Positions 1-9,843 of a stretch of DNA of 64,000 bases are shown piece after piece. How positions within the stretch are numbered: the first letter of the stretch is position 1; every line of letters begins with the position of its first letter. The notes beneath the pieces were generated by a model. It worked only from the letters and a program-made list of their open reading frames with translations, was not told where the DNA came from and ran no database searches. Both the position numbers and the translations under genes were made by a program. The DNA is from Candidatus Micrarchaeia archaeon (GTDB lineage Archaea; Micrarchaeota; Micrarchaeia; Burarchaeales; Fermentimicrarchaeaceae): NCBI GenBank assembly GCA_038871515.1, contig JAVZHX010000001.1, forward strand, positions 224,001 through 288,000, written 5' to 3'.

Positions 1-314
1 TAAAACCTGCTTCAAAACTGATAAAGGAAGTGTTGATGATTCTTCAAAAAAATAGATACGTGGGGGAGTTTGAGTATATTGATGACGGCAAGTCGGGTTC
101 TTTCACAGTGCAGCTGATGGGAAGGATAAATGACTGCAAGGTGATAAAACCAAGGTTTGCGGTGAGAAAGGATGAATGGGCGAAGTGGGAGCAGAGGTAT
201 ATACCGGGACCGGAGTTTGGAATGCTGATAGTTTCAACTCCCCAGGGGCTTATGACAAATAAAGAAGCAAGGGAGAAGGGAATTGGGGGAAGGCTTGTGG
301 CGTATGTTTACTGA
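1..314 (+). CDS. rps8: 30S ribosomal protein S8 (uS8), 5'-partial
   Basis: [11 protein letters not shown]...[13 protein letters not shown]...[10 protein letters not shown]...GGRLVAYVY; frame open from the window edge. Confidence 0.97.
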   Translation, partial: KPASKLIKEVLMILQKNRYVGEFEYIDDGKSGSFTVQLMGRINDCKVIKPRFAVRKDEWAKWEQRYIPGPEFGMLIVSTPQGLMTNKEAREKGIGGRLVAYVY

Positions 315-323
315 AGTGGTTGC

Positions 324-818
324 ATGATTGAGATACCTGCGGAAGTTGAAGTGGATGTAAGAGGAAACACAGTTTCTGTTAAAGGAAAGAAGGGAGCTTT
401 GCAGAAGAGCTTCAGCGGAAGAGGTTTGAGGATTGAGAGGAAGGGGAATGCAATTGAAGTTTTTGGAGGGGATGGGGGAGCGATGCTTGAAAGAACAATT
501 GAATCGCATTTAAAGAATATGTTTCAGGGAGTTAGTGAGGGTTTCACGCGCAAGCTTCAGGTAGTTCACTCACACTTCCCGATTAACGTTGAGGTGAAGG
601 GGAAGGAGGTGCTTATAAAAAATTTCATCGGTGAGAAAAAACCGCGCGTTGCAAGCATAGTTGGGGATACGAAAGTTGAAGTAAAAGGGAGTGAGATATT
701 TGTTTCAGGAGTGGATAAAGAAGCAGTTGGGCAGACATGCGCGAATATTTGTTCTGCAACGTGCATACGCAACAAGGACAGCAGAGTTTTTCAGGATGGA
801 ATATATTTGGTTGAGTGA
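324..818 (+). CDS. rpl6: 50S ribosomal protein L6 (uL6)
   Basis: VKGKKG, HFPINV, NFIGEKKPR, DSRVFQDGIY motifs; spc operon order. Confidence 0.97.
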   Translation: MIEIPAEVEVDVRGNTVSVKGKKGALQKSFSGRGLRIERKGNAIEVFGGDGGAMLERTIESHLKNMFQGVSEGFTRKLQVVHSHFPINVEVKGKEVLIKNFIGEKKPRVASIVGDTKVEVKGSEIFVSGVDKEAVGQTCANICSATCIRNKDSRVFQDGIYLVE

Positions 819-1159
819 TTCGTATGAAAAAGAAGCATCCAAAGTTTTTCAGGCAGAATTATGGAAGAACGGATAGAAAGAGAATTTCGGATAGTTGGAG
901 GAAGCCAAGGGGAGTGGATAATAAGAAGAGAATTAAGCTGAAGAGCGCTGGCGCGGTGCCCGAGATTGGATGGAGAAACCCAAGGGAGGTGCGCCACATT
1001 CATCCATGTGGAATGAGGGAAGTGCTTGTGAGAAACGTTGAGGAGTTGAAGAGGGTGAAAGATGCGGCAGTGAGGATTGCTTCAGGAGTTGGGAGAAAAA
1101 AGAGGGAGGAGATTGTTAGAAAGGCTAAGGAGATGAAGTTAAGAGTATTGAATGAGTGA
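815..1159 (+). CDS. rpl32e: 50S ribosomal protein L32e
   Basis: PKFFRQ...WRKPRGVDNK...HPCG; synteny. Confidence 0.97.
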   Translation: MIRMKKKHPKFFRQNYGRTDRKRISDSWRKPRGVDNKKRIKLKSAGAVPEIGWRNPREVRHIHPCGMREVLVRNVEELKRVKDAAVRIASGVGRKKREEIVRKAKEMKLRVLNE

Positions 1160-1610
1160 GAAAATGGGAGTTAGAACTGTGAAAAGAATTGCTGCTGAGC
1201 TGCTTGGTGTTGGAGAGAGCAGAGTTAGAATAAACCCTGAAAATTTGAAGAAAGCGGAGGAAGCGCTTACAAGGGATGATGTGCGTGGCTTGATATCGCA
1301 GGGAGTTGTGTATGCGGTGAGGAAGAAAGGAGTTGGGAGAGGGAGGAGCAGAGTGAAGCATGAGAAAAAGAAAGCTGGGAGGAGAAGGGGGGTGGGAAGC
1401 AGGAAGGGAGGCTTGTATGCTCGTATTCCAAAGAAGAAAGTTTGGATGAGTAGAGTGAGGGCTCAAAGAATGCTGCTTAAAGAGCTTGCGCTTGAGAAGA
1501 AACTTCAGAAGGATGTTTACAGAAAAGTTTACAAAATGGTGAAGGGAGGAGCTTTCAAGAGCAGGGCGAGTTTGCTGGCTCACCTGAAAAATGCGGGATG
1601 GGTGAAGTGA
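1152..1610 (+). CDS. rpl19e: 50S ribosomal protein L19e
   Basis: KRIAAELLGVGESRV, GRRRGVGSRKG, YKMVKGGAFKS. Confidence 0.97.
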   Translation: MSEKMGVRTVKRIAAELLGVGESRVRINPENLKKAEEALTRDDVRGLISQGVVYAVRKKGVGRGRSRVKHEKKKAGRRRGVGSRKGGLYARIPKKKVWMSRVRAQRMLLKELALEKKLQKDVYRKVYKMVKGGAFKSRASLLAHLKNAGWVK

Positions 1611-1611
1611 T

Positions 1612-2196
1612 ATGGGAAAGGCAACAGGACCAACGTATGTTGTTGCATTCAGAAGGAGAAGGAAGAACCTGACAAACTACGGAAAACGAATGAAGTTGCT
1701 CAAATCTGGAAAGACGAGGATGGTTGTGAGGAGGAGCAACAGAAACGTTATTGTTCAGTTTATAAACTACTCTGAAAAAGGAGATGTTACGGTTGCTTCA
1801 GCAAGCTCAAAGGAGCTTGAAGGAATGGGATGGCAGAGCAGATGCAACACTCCCACAGCATACCTCACGGGAATGCTTGCTGGGAAAAAGGCGAGGGAGA
1901 AAGGAGTGGGAGAATTCGTGCTTGACATCGGGCTTGCAACTCCTTCAAAAGGAGCGCTTGTTTTCGCTGCTGCGAAAGGAGCAATTGACGCTGGAGTGAA
2001 AACGAAGTTTGATGATGGGATGGTTGATTGGAGCAGAATAAGGGGGGAGCATATTGCAAAATACGCAGAGAGTTTGAAGGGAAAGCCGGAGTATGAGAAG
2101 TTGTTTTCAGCATACCTGAAAGCAAACTTTGCACCGGAGAAAATTCCGGAGGTGTTTGACAGAGTTAAGGAGCAGATAGCAAAAGGTGGTCGGTGA
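1612..2196 (+). CDS. rpl18: 50S ribosomal protein L18 (uL18)
   Basis: GPTYVVAFRRRR..TNY, NTPTAYLTG, LDIGL. Confidence 0.97.
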   Translation: MGKATGPTYVVAFRRRRKNLTNYGKRMKLLKSGKTRMVVRRSNRNVIVQFINYSEKGDVTVASASSKELEGMGWQSRCNTPTAYLTGMLAGKKAREKGVGEFVLDIGLATPSKGALVFAAAKGAIDAGVKTKFDDGMVDWSRIRGEHIAKYAESLKGKPEYEKLFSAYLKANFAPEKIPEVFDRVKEQIAKGGR

Positions 2197-2870
2197 TGGT
2201 TGAGGAGGAGAAGTTCAACATTGATGAATGGAACCCAAAAACGGAAATTGGGAGAAAGGTTAAGAATAAGGAGATAACGTCAATTGAGCAGATATTTGAG
2301 ATGGGGAAGCCAATTGTTGAGGAGGAGATTGTTGATGCGCTTCTTCCAAATATTAAGGAGGAGGTTCTCGACATTTCAATGACGCAGAGAATGAGTGATA
2401 ATGGGAGGAAGACGCAGTTCAGAGCGATTGTGGTTGTTGGGGATGGGCAAGGGCATATTGGAGTTGGCTCTGGGAAAGCTGAGGAAGCGAAACCTGCAAT
2501 TGAGACTGCTGTGAGAGCTGCAAAGAGGAATGTGATAACTGTTCCTTTGGGATGTGGTTCTTGGGAGTGCGGTTGCAAGCAGAAGCACACCATACCGATA
2601 AAAGTTGTTGGTAAAAACGGCGGAGTTATAGTTACATTGAAGCCTGCTCCAAGAGGAGTTGGGATAGCTGCCCACGAAGTTGTGAGGAAGGTGCTCAGCA
2701 TGGCTGGCGTGAAGGACAGCTGGGGGTTTGCGAGAGGGAGAACAAGGAGCGTTTACAATACAGCAATGGCAACGTATGATGCGCTTGACAGCTTGAACAG
2801 AATGAAATTCCACCAGGAGTGGGATGTGCTGCTTGGAGGAGAGAAGGATGAAAAGAATAGCGGTAGTTAG
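2193..2870 (+). CDS. rps5: 30S ribosomal protein S5 (uS5)
   Basis: W.PKTEIGRKV, GCGSWECGC, PAPRGVG. Confidence 0.97.
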   Translation: MMVEEEKFNIDEWNPKTEIGRKVKNKEITSIEQIFEMGKPIVEEEIVDALLPNIKEEVLDISMTQRMSDNGRKTQFRAIVVVGDGQGHIGVGSGKAEEAKPAIETAVRAAKRNVITVPLGCGSWECGCKQKHTIPIKVVGKNGGVIVTLKPAPRGVGIAAHEVVRKVLSMAGVKDSWGFARGRTRSVYNTAMATYDALDSLNRMKFHQEWDVLLGGEKDEKNSGS

Positions 2871-3303
2871 AGTGAGAGGGAGAGTTGGAGTGAGGGAGAA
2901 GGTTGAGGATACGCTGGAGAAGCTGAAGCTGACGAGGGTTAACCACTGCGTGATAGTTGATGATTCACCTCAAAAAATGGGGATGGTTGAGAAATGCTCA
3001 AATTACGTTACGTGGGGTGAGATAGATGCTCCAACGTTTGCGCTTATGGTTAAGAAGAGGGGGAGAATTGGAAGAAAAAGAGTGGATGAGGAGGAGATGA
3101 AAAAATCTGGTTTTGAGTCATTTGAAAAGTTTGCTGAGAAGTTCTGTAGTTTTGAATGCGAGCTTGAAGCAGTTGGAATTAAGGAAGTTTTCAGACTGCA
3201 TCCGCCAAGAGGAGGGCATAGGCATATTAAAAAACCATACCCTGAGGGAGCATTGGGGTATAGAGGGGAAAAGATAAATGAACTTTTGAGAAGGATGGTG
3301 TGA
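2848..3303 (+). CDS. rpl30: 50S ribosomal protein L30 (uL30)
   Basis: IAVVRVRG, YVTWGE, FRLHPPRGG, GYRGEKINELLRRM; ATG at 2848. Confidence 0.96.
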   Translation: MKRIAVVRVRGRVGVREKVEDTLEKLKLTRVNHCVIVDDSPQKMGMVEKCSNYVTWGEIDAPTFALMVKKRGRIGRKRVDEEEMKKSGFESFEKFAEKFCSFECELEAVGIKEVFRLHPPRGGHRHIKKPYPEGALGYRGEKINELLRRMV

Positions 3304-3305
3304 GA

Positions 3306-3722
3306 ATGGTTAGAAGGCATAAGAAGAGAAGCAGAAAATACCTTGGTTCAAGGAGCTGGGGAGCCGGAAATATAAAAAATAGAAGGGGAAAGGGAAGCAG
3401 AGGGGGGAAGGGTTATGCTGGCTCCCACAAGCACAGATGGACGTATATGGTGAAATATGAACCTGAGCATTTTGGGAGGAGCGGTTTCATCCCACCAAGG
3501 AGAAGGAAGTTGAGGGAGATAAACCTTCATGAGATAAATAAAATGATTTTAAATGGAAAGTTCGGCAAGGAGCAGTCAGGCAGGTTCATTGTTGAGCTGA
3601 AAGGGTATAAGGTGCTTGGCGCTGGGAAGCTTGATTTTCCGGCAATTGTGAAGGCAAGCGCATTTTCAAAGTCAGCTGCTGGCAAAATAAAGAGCTTTGG
3701 CGGTGATGCTGGAGTGGTATAA
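3306..3722 (+). CDS. rpl15: 50S ribosomal protein L15 (uL15)
   Basis: GSRSWGAG, RGGKGYAG, KVLGAG, FSKSA..KI...GG. Confidence 0.96.
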   Translation: MVRRHKKRSRKYLGSRSWGAGNIKNRRGKGSRGGKGYAGSHKHRWTYMVKYEPEHFGRSGFIPPRRRKLREINLHEINKMILNGKFGKEQSGRFIVELKGYKVLGAGKLDFPAIVKASAFSKSAAGKIKSFGGDAGVV

Positions 3723-5170
3723 TGGCGCTGGAGTTTCTTAAACCATTCACCGAAATTCTTCCTGAAATAAGAAACCCTGACAGGGCTCCTCCTCTTAGGG
3801 AGAAGGTTTACTGGACGGCTGCGGTGCTTGTGATATTCTTTGTTATGTATCACATCTACCCAATTGGGAGATACCCAATTCAGGAGAGCTTTGGGTTTGT
3901 GCAGATGATAACTGCAAGCAGAACAGGAAGTTTGATAACTGCTGGCATAGGGCCGATTGTGCTCGCTTCAATATTCCTTCAGCTCTTTGTTGGTTCAAAG
4001 ATAATTGAGATGGATTTGAATGATCCGGAGCAGAAGAAGCTTTTCCAGGGAACCCAGAAGCTTCTTGCGATACTGCTCGCATTCTTTGAGGCAGGCGTGT
4101 ATGTTTATGCGAAAGCAGTTCCGGTTATGGGAGCAGGCGTTCCTGCTGAAAACGTCACTCCTCTCTTTGGAAGTTTGTTTTTAACAGAGGTGCTTGTGAT
4201 ACTCCAGCTTGCGCTTGGTTCAATTATACTGCTTTATTTGGATGAGATTGTTGCGAAGTATGGAATTGGTTCTGGGATAAGTTTGTTCATAGCTGCTGGT
4301 GTTTCCCTTGCAGTGGTTCAAGGAACTTTCGGGGTGCTTGTCCCAACTGCAATGAGCCATCTTGCAGAAGGAGGAGCGAATGCAGTTCCGTACGCAATAC
4401 TTGCAATGCTGCCACTCGTTTTCTCCTTCATAGTTTTTCTTGCAAGCTCATACGCGGAGGGAATGAGGGTGGAAATTCCTCTTGTTTTTGAGAGGATAAG
4501 GGGGGTTGGCGGGAGATACCCAATTAAATTTTTATACGTCTCAAACGTTCCAGTGATTCTTGCAGCTGCGCTTATGATGAACTTCCAGTTGATTGCAAGG
4601 GCGGTTGGCAACAGTTCACTTTATATTGGAGGAGTGAATCTGATTCCATTCCTTTGCGTTGTTGACAGCAACGGAAGATTGGTGGATGGTTTGCTTTACC
4701 TCATAACACCAAGCTTTCCAAGCCCAATCAGCGTTGGCTACCCAACGTATGTTGGTTACCTGCTCAGCTCCTCAACCCAGTTCTTCCATATACCTGAATT
4801 CGTTCACGTCATAACTTACGTGATAAGCATGGTTGTGCTGTGCGTTATATTTGGTAAGTTCTGGATAGAGACAACTGGTATGGGTGCCAGAGATATTGCG
4901 GAGCAGTTGAAGGAAGCGGGTTTGCACGTTCCTGGCTTCAGAAGAGACCCAAGAGTTGTTGAGAAGGTTCTTGATAAGTACATACCAATGATAACAATAC
5001 TTGGAAGCATTTTTGTTGGCTTGCTTGCAGCATTCGCTGATTTGACTGGAGCACTTGGAACTGGGACTGGTATACTGCTCACAGTGAGTATACTGAATAA
5101 TATGTATGAAATAATGAAGAGGGAGCAGATGCTTGAGATGTACCCTGCTATTAAAAAGTTTGTTAGCTGA
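3722..5170 (+). CDS. secY: Preprotein translocase subunit SecY
   Basis: GIGPIV, KYGIGSGISLFI, YPIKFLYVSNVP, PGFRRD, GTGILLTV. Confidence 0.98.
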   Translation: MALEFLKPFTEILPEIRNPDRAPPLREKVYWTAAVLVIFFVMYHIYPIGRYPIQESFGFVQMITASRTGSLITAGIGPIVLASIFLQLFVGSKIIEMDLNDPEQKKLFQGTQKLLAILLAFFEAGVYVYAKAVPVMGAGVPAENVTPLFGSLFLTEVLVILQLALGSIILLYLDEIVAKYGIGSGISLFIAAGVSLAVVQGTFGVLVPTAMSHLAEGGANAVPYAILAMLPLVFSFIVFLASSYAEGMRVEIPLVFERIRGVGGRYPIKFLYVSNVPVILAAALMMNFQLIARAVGNSSLYIGGVNLIPFLCVVDSNGRLVDGLLYLITPSFPSPISVGYPTYVGYLLSSSTQFFHIPEFVHVITYVISMVVLCVIFGKFWIETTGMGARDIAEQLKEAGLHVPGFRRDPRVVEKVLDKYIPMITILGSIFVGLLAAFADLTGALGTGTGILLTVSILNNMYEIMKREQMLEMYPAIKKFVS

Positions 5171-5180
5171 TGGTGGTTGT

Positions 5181-5744
5181 ATGATAGTTGTGATGGGTTT
5201 GCCCGGTGCTGGGAAAACAACCGTTCTTCAAAAAGCAATGGAGGGAATAAAGGGTTGGAGAGTTGTGAATTACGGGGATTTGATGTTTGAGATTGCGAGC
5301 AAGGAAGGGTTGGTTAAGGATAGGGATGAGATGAGGAAGTTGCCTGCGGAGAAGCAGAGGAGAATTCAGGGTATGGTGGGGGATAAGCTTGCTGGGATGA
5401 GCGGAAGGGTAATACTGGATACTCACTGCTCTGTGCGCACTCCACTTGGTTACATGCCAGGCTTGCCGTATGAGCAGTTGAGAAAGTTGAAAGTTGATTA
5501 TTTGGTTTTTGTAAGCGCACCTCCGAAGGATATTCTTGGAAGGAGGAAGAGGGATAAAAGCAGAAAGAGGGATGTTGTGGGTGTTGCTGAAATAGAAGCA
5601 GACCTTGCGGTTAACACTGCGTATCTGTGCGCTTACTCGGTTCTCAGCGGTGCGGATGTTAGCATTATAGTTAACGCTGATGGAAAGCTTGAGGAGGCAG
5701 CGGGGAAGCTTGGTGAGATAATCAAAAGCGTAGGTGAGAGGTAA
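5181..5744 (+). CDS. adkA: Archaeal adenylate kinase
   Basis: GLPGAGKTT P-loop, NYGDLM, RDEMRKL, DTH, PGLP; follows secY. Confidence 0.93.
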   Translation: MIVVMGLPGAGKTTVLQKAMEGIKGWRVVNYGDLMFEIASKEGLVKDRDEMRKLPAEKQRRIQGMVGDKLAGMSGRVILDTHCSVRTPLGYMPGLPYEQLRKLKVDYLVFVSAPPKDILGRRKRDKSRKRDVVGVAEIEADLAVNTAYLCAYSVLSGADVSIIVNADGKLEEAAGKLGEIIKSVGER

Positions 5745-6241
5745 TGGATGATTCAACAGTTGCTTTCTTTGCAATATCGTTAACTGCGCTGGTTTATACG
5801 GTAGTTTCGATGCATATAATGAGAGTTCTAGGCACCAGGAAGAGGGTGAGGGAGATTCAGGAGGAGATGAATAGAATAAGCGTAAAGCTTAGGAAAATTG
5901 ATTACAGCACAGAGGCTGGGAGGAGGGAAGCAGAAGAAGAGCAGAAGAAAATACCAGCACTGATGAACGAAAGTATGATGCTTCAGTTCAAATCGCTTTT
6001 CGTTGTGATACCCATATTTTTGCTGGTGAGCTACTTTGTGAAAACACTCTTTCCAAATTTTGTGATAAAGTTTCCATTTTCCCTCCCAATTTTTATACAG
6101 AACTTGGAGAATTTTCCAAACTGGAGGGATGAGTTTGGGCCTTTTGGATGGTTCGTGTTATGTTCATTCTTTTCAGGTTTGCTGATACAGGCGATAATTG
6201 AAAGAAAGAGCAAGAGGGGGAAGGATGCTGCCAAGGTTTAG
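5744..6241 (+). CDS. EMC3/TMCO1 (DUF106) Oxa1-superfamily membrane protein
   Basis: TM, coiled coil, TM, then GWF-containing TM; conserved position between adk and rpl34e. Confidence 0.85.
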   Translation: MDDSTVAFFAISLTALVYTVVSMHIMRVLGTRKRVREIQEEMNRISVKLRKIDYSTEAGRREAEEEQKKIPALMNESMMLQFKSLFVVIPIFLLVSYFVKTLFPNFVIKFPFSLPIFIQNLENFPNWRDEFGPFGWFVLCSFFSGLLIQAIIERKSKRGKDAAKV

Positions 6242-6524
6242 GTCAAAATCAGTTAGAAAAATTATAAGAAGAACGCCAAAAGGAGTTTCAACCAGGTTTG
6301 AGAGGAAGAGAAGCAGAGGAGGAAGGTGTGCTTTGTGTGGAGTTAAACTGATATACGGAGAAGGTGCGAAAAGCAAGAAAAAACCAAGCAGAAAGTTTGG
6401 CGGAGTGCTATGCGCTAAATGCTCTTTTGAAGTGCTGAAGCTTGCTGGGAAAGTTAAAGCAAATCACATAAAGCTTGAGGATATTGAGGTGAGGAAGAGG
6501 AAGTTTGTGAAGGTGGTGAAATGA
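6225..6524 (+). CDS. rpl34e: 50S ribosomal protein L34e
   Basis: RRTPKG, CALCG, PSRKFGGVLCAKC. Confidence 0.95.
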   Translation: MLPRFRSKSVRKIIRRTPKGVSTRFERKRSRGGRCALCGVKLIYGEGAKSKKKPSRKFGGVLCAKCSFEVLKLAGKVKANHIKLEDIEVRKRKFVKVVK

Positions 6525-7048
6525 TAATATGCATCTCTGGTTTGGCTGGCTCTGGGAAGAATACGGTTGGTGAGATAGTTGCTAAAAAACTTAATTTGAA
6601 GGAAGTTAAGCTTTCTTTTAAAGATGAGGCAGAAAAGGAGGGTAAGGAGCTGATGAAAATTCAGAGGGAGGCAGGAAGAGATGAGAGCTACGACAGAAAG
6701 CTTGATAGAGAGGTAGTCAAGAGGGCGAAGAAAGGGAATTGCGTTGTTATGACGTGGTTGGGTCCTTGGATGGTGAAGAATGCTGATTTGAGAGTTTGGC
6801 TGAATGTGAGCGAGAAGGAGAGGGCGAGGAGGGTTGCGAAGAGGGATAAGATGAGTTTCAGGGAAGCGCTTGCGCATATAAGGAAGAGGGACAGGGATAA
6901 TATAAGGAGGTATAAGCGTTATTATGGAATTGATATAACTGACCACAGCATATTTGATTTGGAGATAAACTCAGATGTGTTCAACCCCCAGCAGATAGCG
7001 GATATCATAATTAAGGCTGCTGAGGCAAAGCGCGCATTGAGGAGGTGA
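6521..7048 (+). CDS. cmk: Cytidylate kinase
   Basis: ISGLAGSGK, RYKRYYGID...FDL; synteny. Confidence 0.92.
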   Translation: MIICISGLAGSGKNTVGEIVAKKLNLKEVKLSFKDEAEKEGKELMKIQREAGRDESYDRKLDREVVKRAKKGNCVVMTWLGPWMVKNADLRVWLNVSEKERARRVAKRDKMSFREALAHIRKRDRDNIRRYKRYYGIDITDHSIFDLEINSDVFNPQQIADIIIKAAEAKRALRR

Positions 7049-7052
7049 TGGA

Positions 7053-7277
7053 ATGGCAGCCATCGGAGTTGGAAGTGTCTGCATGAAAAACAGGGGAAGG
7101 GATGCTGGGAAGAAATGCGTTGTTGTTAATTTGGTTGATGCAAGGTATGTTGAAGTTATCTGTGCTGGCAGGAAGAAGAGGAGGAAGTGCAATGTGAGGC
7201 ACTTGGAACCGCTTGGTGAGAAAATTGAGGTGAAGGGAACGGATGAGGAAGTAAGAAAAATGCTTGAGAGTGGATGA
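7053..7277 (+). CDS. rpl14e: 50S ribosomal protein L14e
   Basis: GRDAGKKCVVV, RRKCNVRHLEP. Confidence 0.95.
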   Translation: MAAIGVGSVCMKNRGRDAGKKCVVVNLVDARYVEVICAGRKKRRKCNVRHLEPLGEKIEVKGTDEEVRKMLESG

Positions 7278-7278
7278 G

Positions 7279-8223
7279 ATGCTGGTGAAATTTGAAGAGG
7301 AAACTGATGAAAGTTTTGGAAAGCGCCCTGAAGAGAGGAGCGTTGAGGAGCTTGTGGAGTCAGGAGTGGTGTTCATTGATAAACCCCAGGGGCCGTCAAG
7401 CCACGAGGTGACTGCGTGGGTTAGAAAAATGCTGAACGCATCAAAAGCAGGGCATTCTGGCACTCTTGACCCAAATGTAAGCGGAGTGCTCCCAGTTGGT
7501 TTGAACAGAGCTACAAGGGTGATGGGTTTTATGCTGAAAGGTTCAAAAGAGTATGTTGGTATAATAAAGTTCCATCGCGAGGTTGGGGAGGAGGAAGTCG
7601 TGAATATGTTCAGGAAGTTCACTGGCGAAGTTGAGCAGATTCCACCCGTTAAGTCAGCTGTGAGAAGGGTGTTGAGGAAGAGAAAAGTTTATTATCTTGA
7701 AGCTTTAGAATTTAATGGCAGAGAAGTCCTCTTTAGAGTTGGATGCGAGGCTGGGACGTATATAAGAAAGCTCTGCTTTGACATTGGAAAGGAGTTAGGA
7801 TGCGGAGCTAATATGCTTGAGCTGAGAAGGACAAAAGTTGGGGGGATTGAGGAGAGCCAGCTTTCAACTCTGCAGGAGGTGAAGGATGCTTTCTGGCTGT
7901 GGAATGAAAAAGGGGATGAGAGGGAGATGAGGAGAGTTATTCATCCTGTTGAAAAAGCATTGGATTTGAAAAAGGTTTGGCTGAGGGATTCAGCAGTCGA
8001 ATCGGTTTGCTCTGGTGCTGTGCTTGCAGCACCGGGAGTTGCAAAAGTTGAGGAGGGGATTGTTGCTGGTGATGCAGTTGCGTTGATGAGCTTGAAAGAT
8101 GAGCTCGTTGCGATAGGTGTCGCTGAGGTGAGCTCGCAGGAAATGTATGAGATGGAGAAGGGAGTTGTTGTAAAACCGAAGAGGGTGATGATGAAAAAGG
8201 GAACGTATCCAAAATGCTGGTGA
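7279..8223 (+). CDS. cbf5: H/ACA RNA-guided pseudouridine synthase Cbf5 (TruB family, PUA domain)
   Basis: IDKPQGPSSHEV, GHSGTLDP, CEAGTYIRKL, C-terminal PUA; TTG at 7264 is an alternative start. Confidence 0.96.
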   Translation: MLVKFEEETDESFGKRPEERSVEELVESGVVFIDKPQGPSSHEVTAWVRKMLNASKAGHSGTLDPNVSGVLPVGLNRATRVMGFMLKGSKEYVGIIKFHREVGEEEVVNMFRKFTGEVEQIPPVKSAVRRVLRKRKVYYLEALEFNGREVLFRVGCEAGTYIRKLCFDIGKELGCGANMLELRRTKVGGIEESQLSTLQEVKDAFWLWNEKGDEREMRRVIHPVEKALDLKKVWLRDSAVESVCSGAVLAAPGVAKVEEGIVAGDAVALMSLKDELVAIGVAEVSSQEMYEMEKGVVVKPKRVMMKKGTYPKCW

Positions 8224-8224
8224 T

Positions 8225-8323
8225 GCCGGGGTGACGGAATCTGGTCAACGTGTACGCCTGGAGAGCATCCCGGCAAGCGTATGGCCTTCACGGGCCTTAT
8301 GGGTTCAAATCCCATCCCCGGCG
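8225..8323 (+). tRNA. tRNA-Ser(GGA) with 12-nt canonical (37/38) intron at 8264-8275
   Basis: Acceptor GCCGGGG/CCCCGGC, stem TACGC/GCGTA, long variable arm; BHB CTGG AG|A ... CCGG CA|A. Confidence 0.93.
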
Positions 8324-8336
8324 CTAAAGTGATTGT

Positions 8337-8888
8337 ATGGCAAAGAAAAAGGTTGAGGAATCTGGAGAGATGAAGCGGGAGATAAGGGGAGTTGTAAGAA
8401 TAGCTGGCAGGGATATAAAGGGTGAGACGAAACTGCGCAAAGCACTTATGCAGATTAAAGGGATAGGGGTGACGCTGAGCATGGTGCTGACGAAAGTTGT
8501 TTCCTCCAAGCTGGGAGTTCCGAAAGATGTTATGATTGGGGAGTTGAGCGAGGAGCAGGTTGATAAACTCAGCGATATAATCAGCAACCCAGCGAAGTAT
8601 GGAGTTCCTGAGAGGTTGCTGAACAGGCAGCGCGATTGGGAAACAGATCAGAGCGTTCACCTTGTTGGAAGCGAGCTTGCTTTTAGGGTTAAGCAGGATG
8701 TAACTAAAATGAAGGAGTTGAATACGTGGAAAGGGTTTAGACACGCATATGGGCAGAAGGTGAGGGGGCAGAGGACGAGGACAACTGGAAGGACTGGCAT
8801 GACTGTTGGTGTGCTGAGAAAAGCTATGCTTGCAAAGATGAAGGAAGCAAAGGCAGGAGAAGAGAAGAAAGAGGAGAAGAAGGAGTGA
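8337..8888 (+). CDS. rps13: 30S ribosomal protein S13 (uS13)
   Basis: IKGIG, LLNRQRD, KVRGQRTRTTGR. Confidence 0.97.
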   Translation: MAKKKVEESGEMKREIRGVVRIAGRDIKGETKLRKALMQIKGIGVTLSMVLTKVVSSKLGVPKDVMIGELSEEQVDKLSDIISNPAKYGVPERLLNRQRDWETDQSVHLVGSELAFRVKQDVTKMKELNTWKGFRHAYGQKVRGQRTRTTGRTGMTVGVLRKAMLAKMKEAKAGEEKKEEKKE

Positions 8889-8894
8889 TGAGTT

Positions 8895-9428
8895 ATGGGA
8901 GACCCAAGAAAGTTGAAAAGAAAGTATGAGTCGCCAAGAAAAGCCTGGGATAAAGCTAGAATTGAGGAGGAGAATAAACTGCTTGAGGAGTTTGGCTTGA
9001 AAAACATGAGAGAGTTGAGAGTGATGCAGATGGAGCTGAAGAAAATAAGGAGGGAAGCAAGAAGATTGCTTTCTATGGGGGATGAGGGAAGGAAGCTTGG
9101 GGAGCCTCTGCTGAAAAGAGTGGTGAGGTTGGGCATGGCAAAGCCGGAAACAACTCTGGAGGATTTGCTTTCTCTTACAATAAGGGATGTGCTTGAGAGA
9201 AGGTTGCAGACAAGGGTGTTTAAGAAAGGGCTTGCGAGAAGTATAAAACAGAGCAGGCAGCTCATCGCGCATGGGCATATTGCGGTGAATGGCAGAAAAG
9301 TTTCTGCGCCAAGCTACCTTGTTCCAATTGATGAGGAGGATAAAATTGGGTATTACAAGGGAGTTGATTTTATACCAATTGCCGTGAAAAAGAATGTGGA
9401 GGGTGAGAAGGTTGGTGGAGAAAGCTGA
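8895..9428 (+). CDS. rps4: 30S ribosomal protein S4 (uS4)
   Basis: [29 protein letters not shown]. Confidence 0.97.
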   Translation: MGDPRKLKRKYESPRKAWDKARIEEENKLLEEFGLKNMRELRVMQMELKKIRREARRLLSMGDEGRKLGEPLLKRVVRLGMAKPETTLEDLLSLTIRDVLERRLQTRVFKKGLARSIKQSRQLIAHGHIAVNGRKVSAPSYLVPIDEEDKIGYYKGVDFIPIAVKKNVEGEKVGGES

Positions 9429-9834
9429 AGAGGAAGAGAAGAAAAGAAGAAGAGAGTTGTGGGGAGTTGCTCACATTTACTCCTCAAAAAACGATACAAT
9501 AATAACAATAACCGATATAAGTGGTGCTGAGACGATTGCAGTTGGCAGTGGAGGGATGATAGTGAAAGCAGATAGAGAGGAGGGTTCTCCTTATGCTGCT
9601 ATGCAGGCTGCATTCAGAGCTGCAAGCAAAGCAAAGGAGAGAGGGATAACGGGTGTTCATATTAAAATAAGGGCTCCTGGAGGGCATGGGAATAAAACTC
9701 CTGGCCCAGGTGCGCAGGCAGTTGTGAGAGCACTTGCAAGGTCTGGGTTGAGAATTGGGAGAATAGAGGATGTGACGCCAATTCCAACGGATACCACAAA
9801 ACGGCCTGGCGGGAGGAGAGGGAGGAGAGTTTAG
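9415..9834 (+). CDS. rps11: 30S ribosomal protein S11 (uS11)
   Basis: [32 protein letters not shown]; start codon uncertain. Confidence 0.96.
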   Translation: MEKAEEEEKKRRRELWGVAHIYSSKNDTIITITDISGAETIAVGSGGMIVKADREEGSPYAAMQAAFRAASKAKERGITGVHIKIRAPGGHGNKTPGPGAQAVVRALARSGLRIGRIEDVTPIPTDTTKRPGGRRGRRV

Positions 9835-9843
9835 GGTGGTTGC

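Noticed and set aside
7279..8223. Intron in cbf5, as known in some Crenarchaeota
   Set aside because: The frame is continuous through IDKPQGPSSHEV with no insert.
7941..9278. 445-aa minus-strand ORF
   Set aside because: Antisense shadow of cbf5, tRNA-Ser, rps13 and rps4 caused by purine-rich coding strands.
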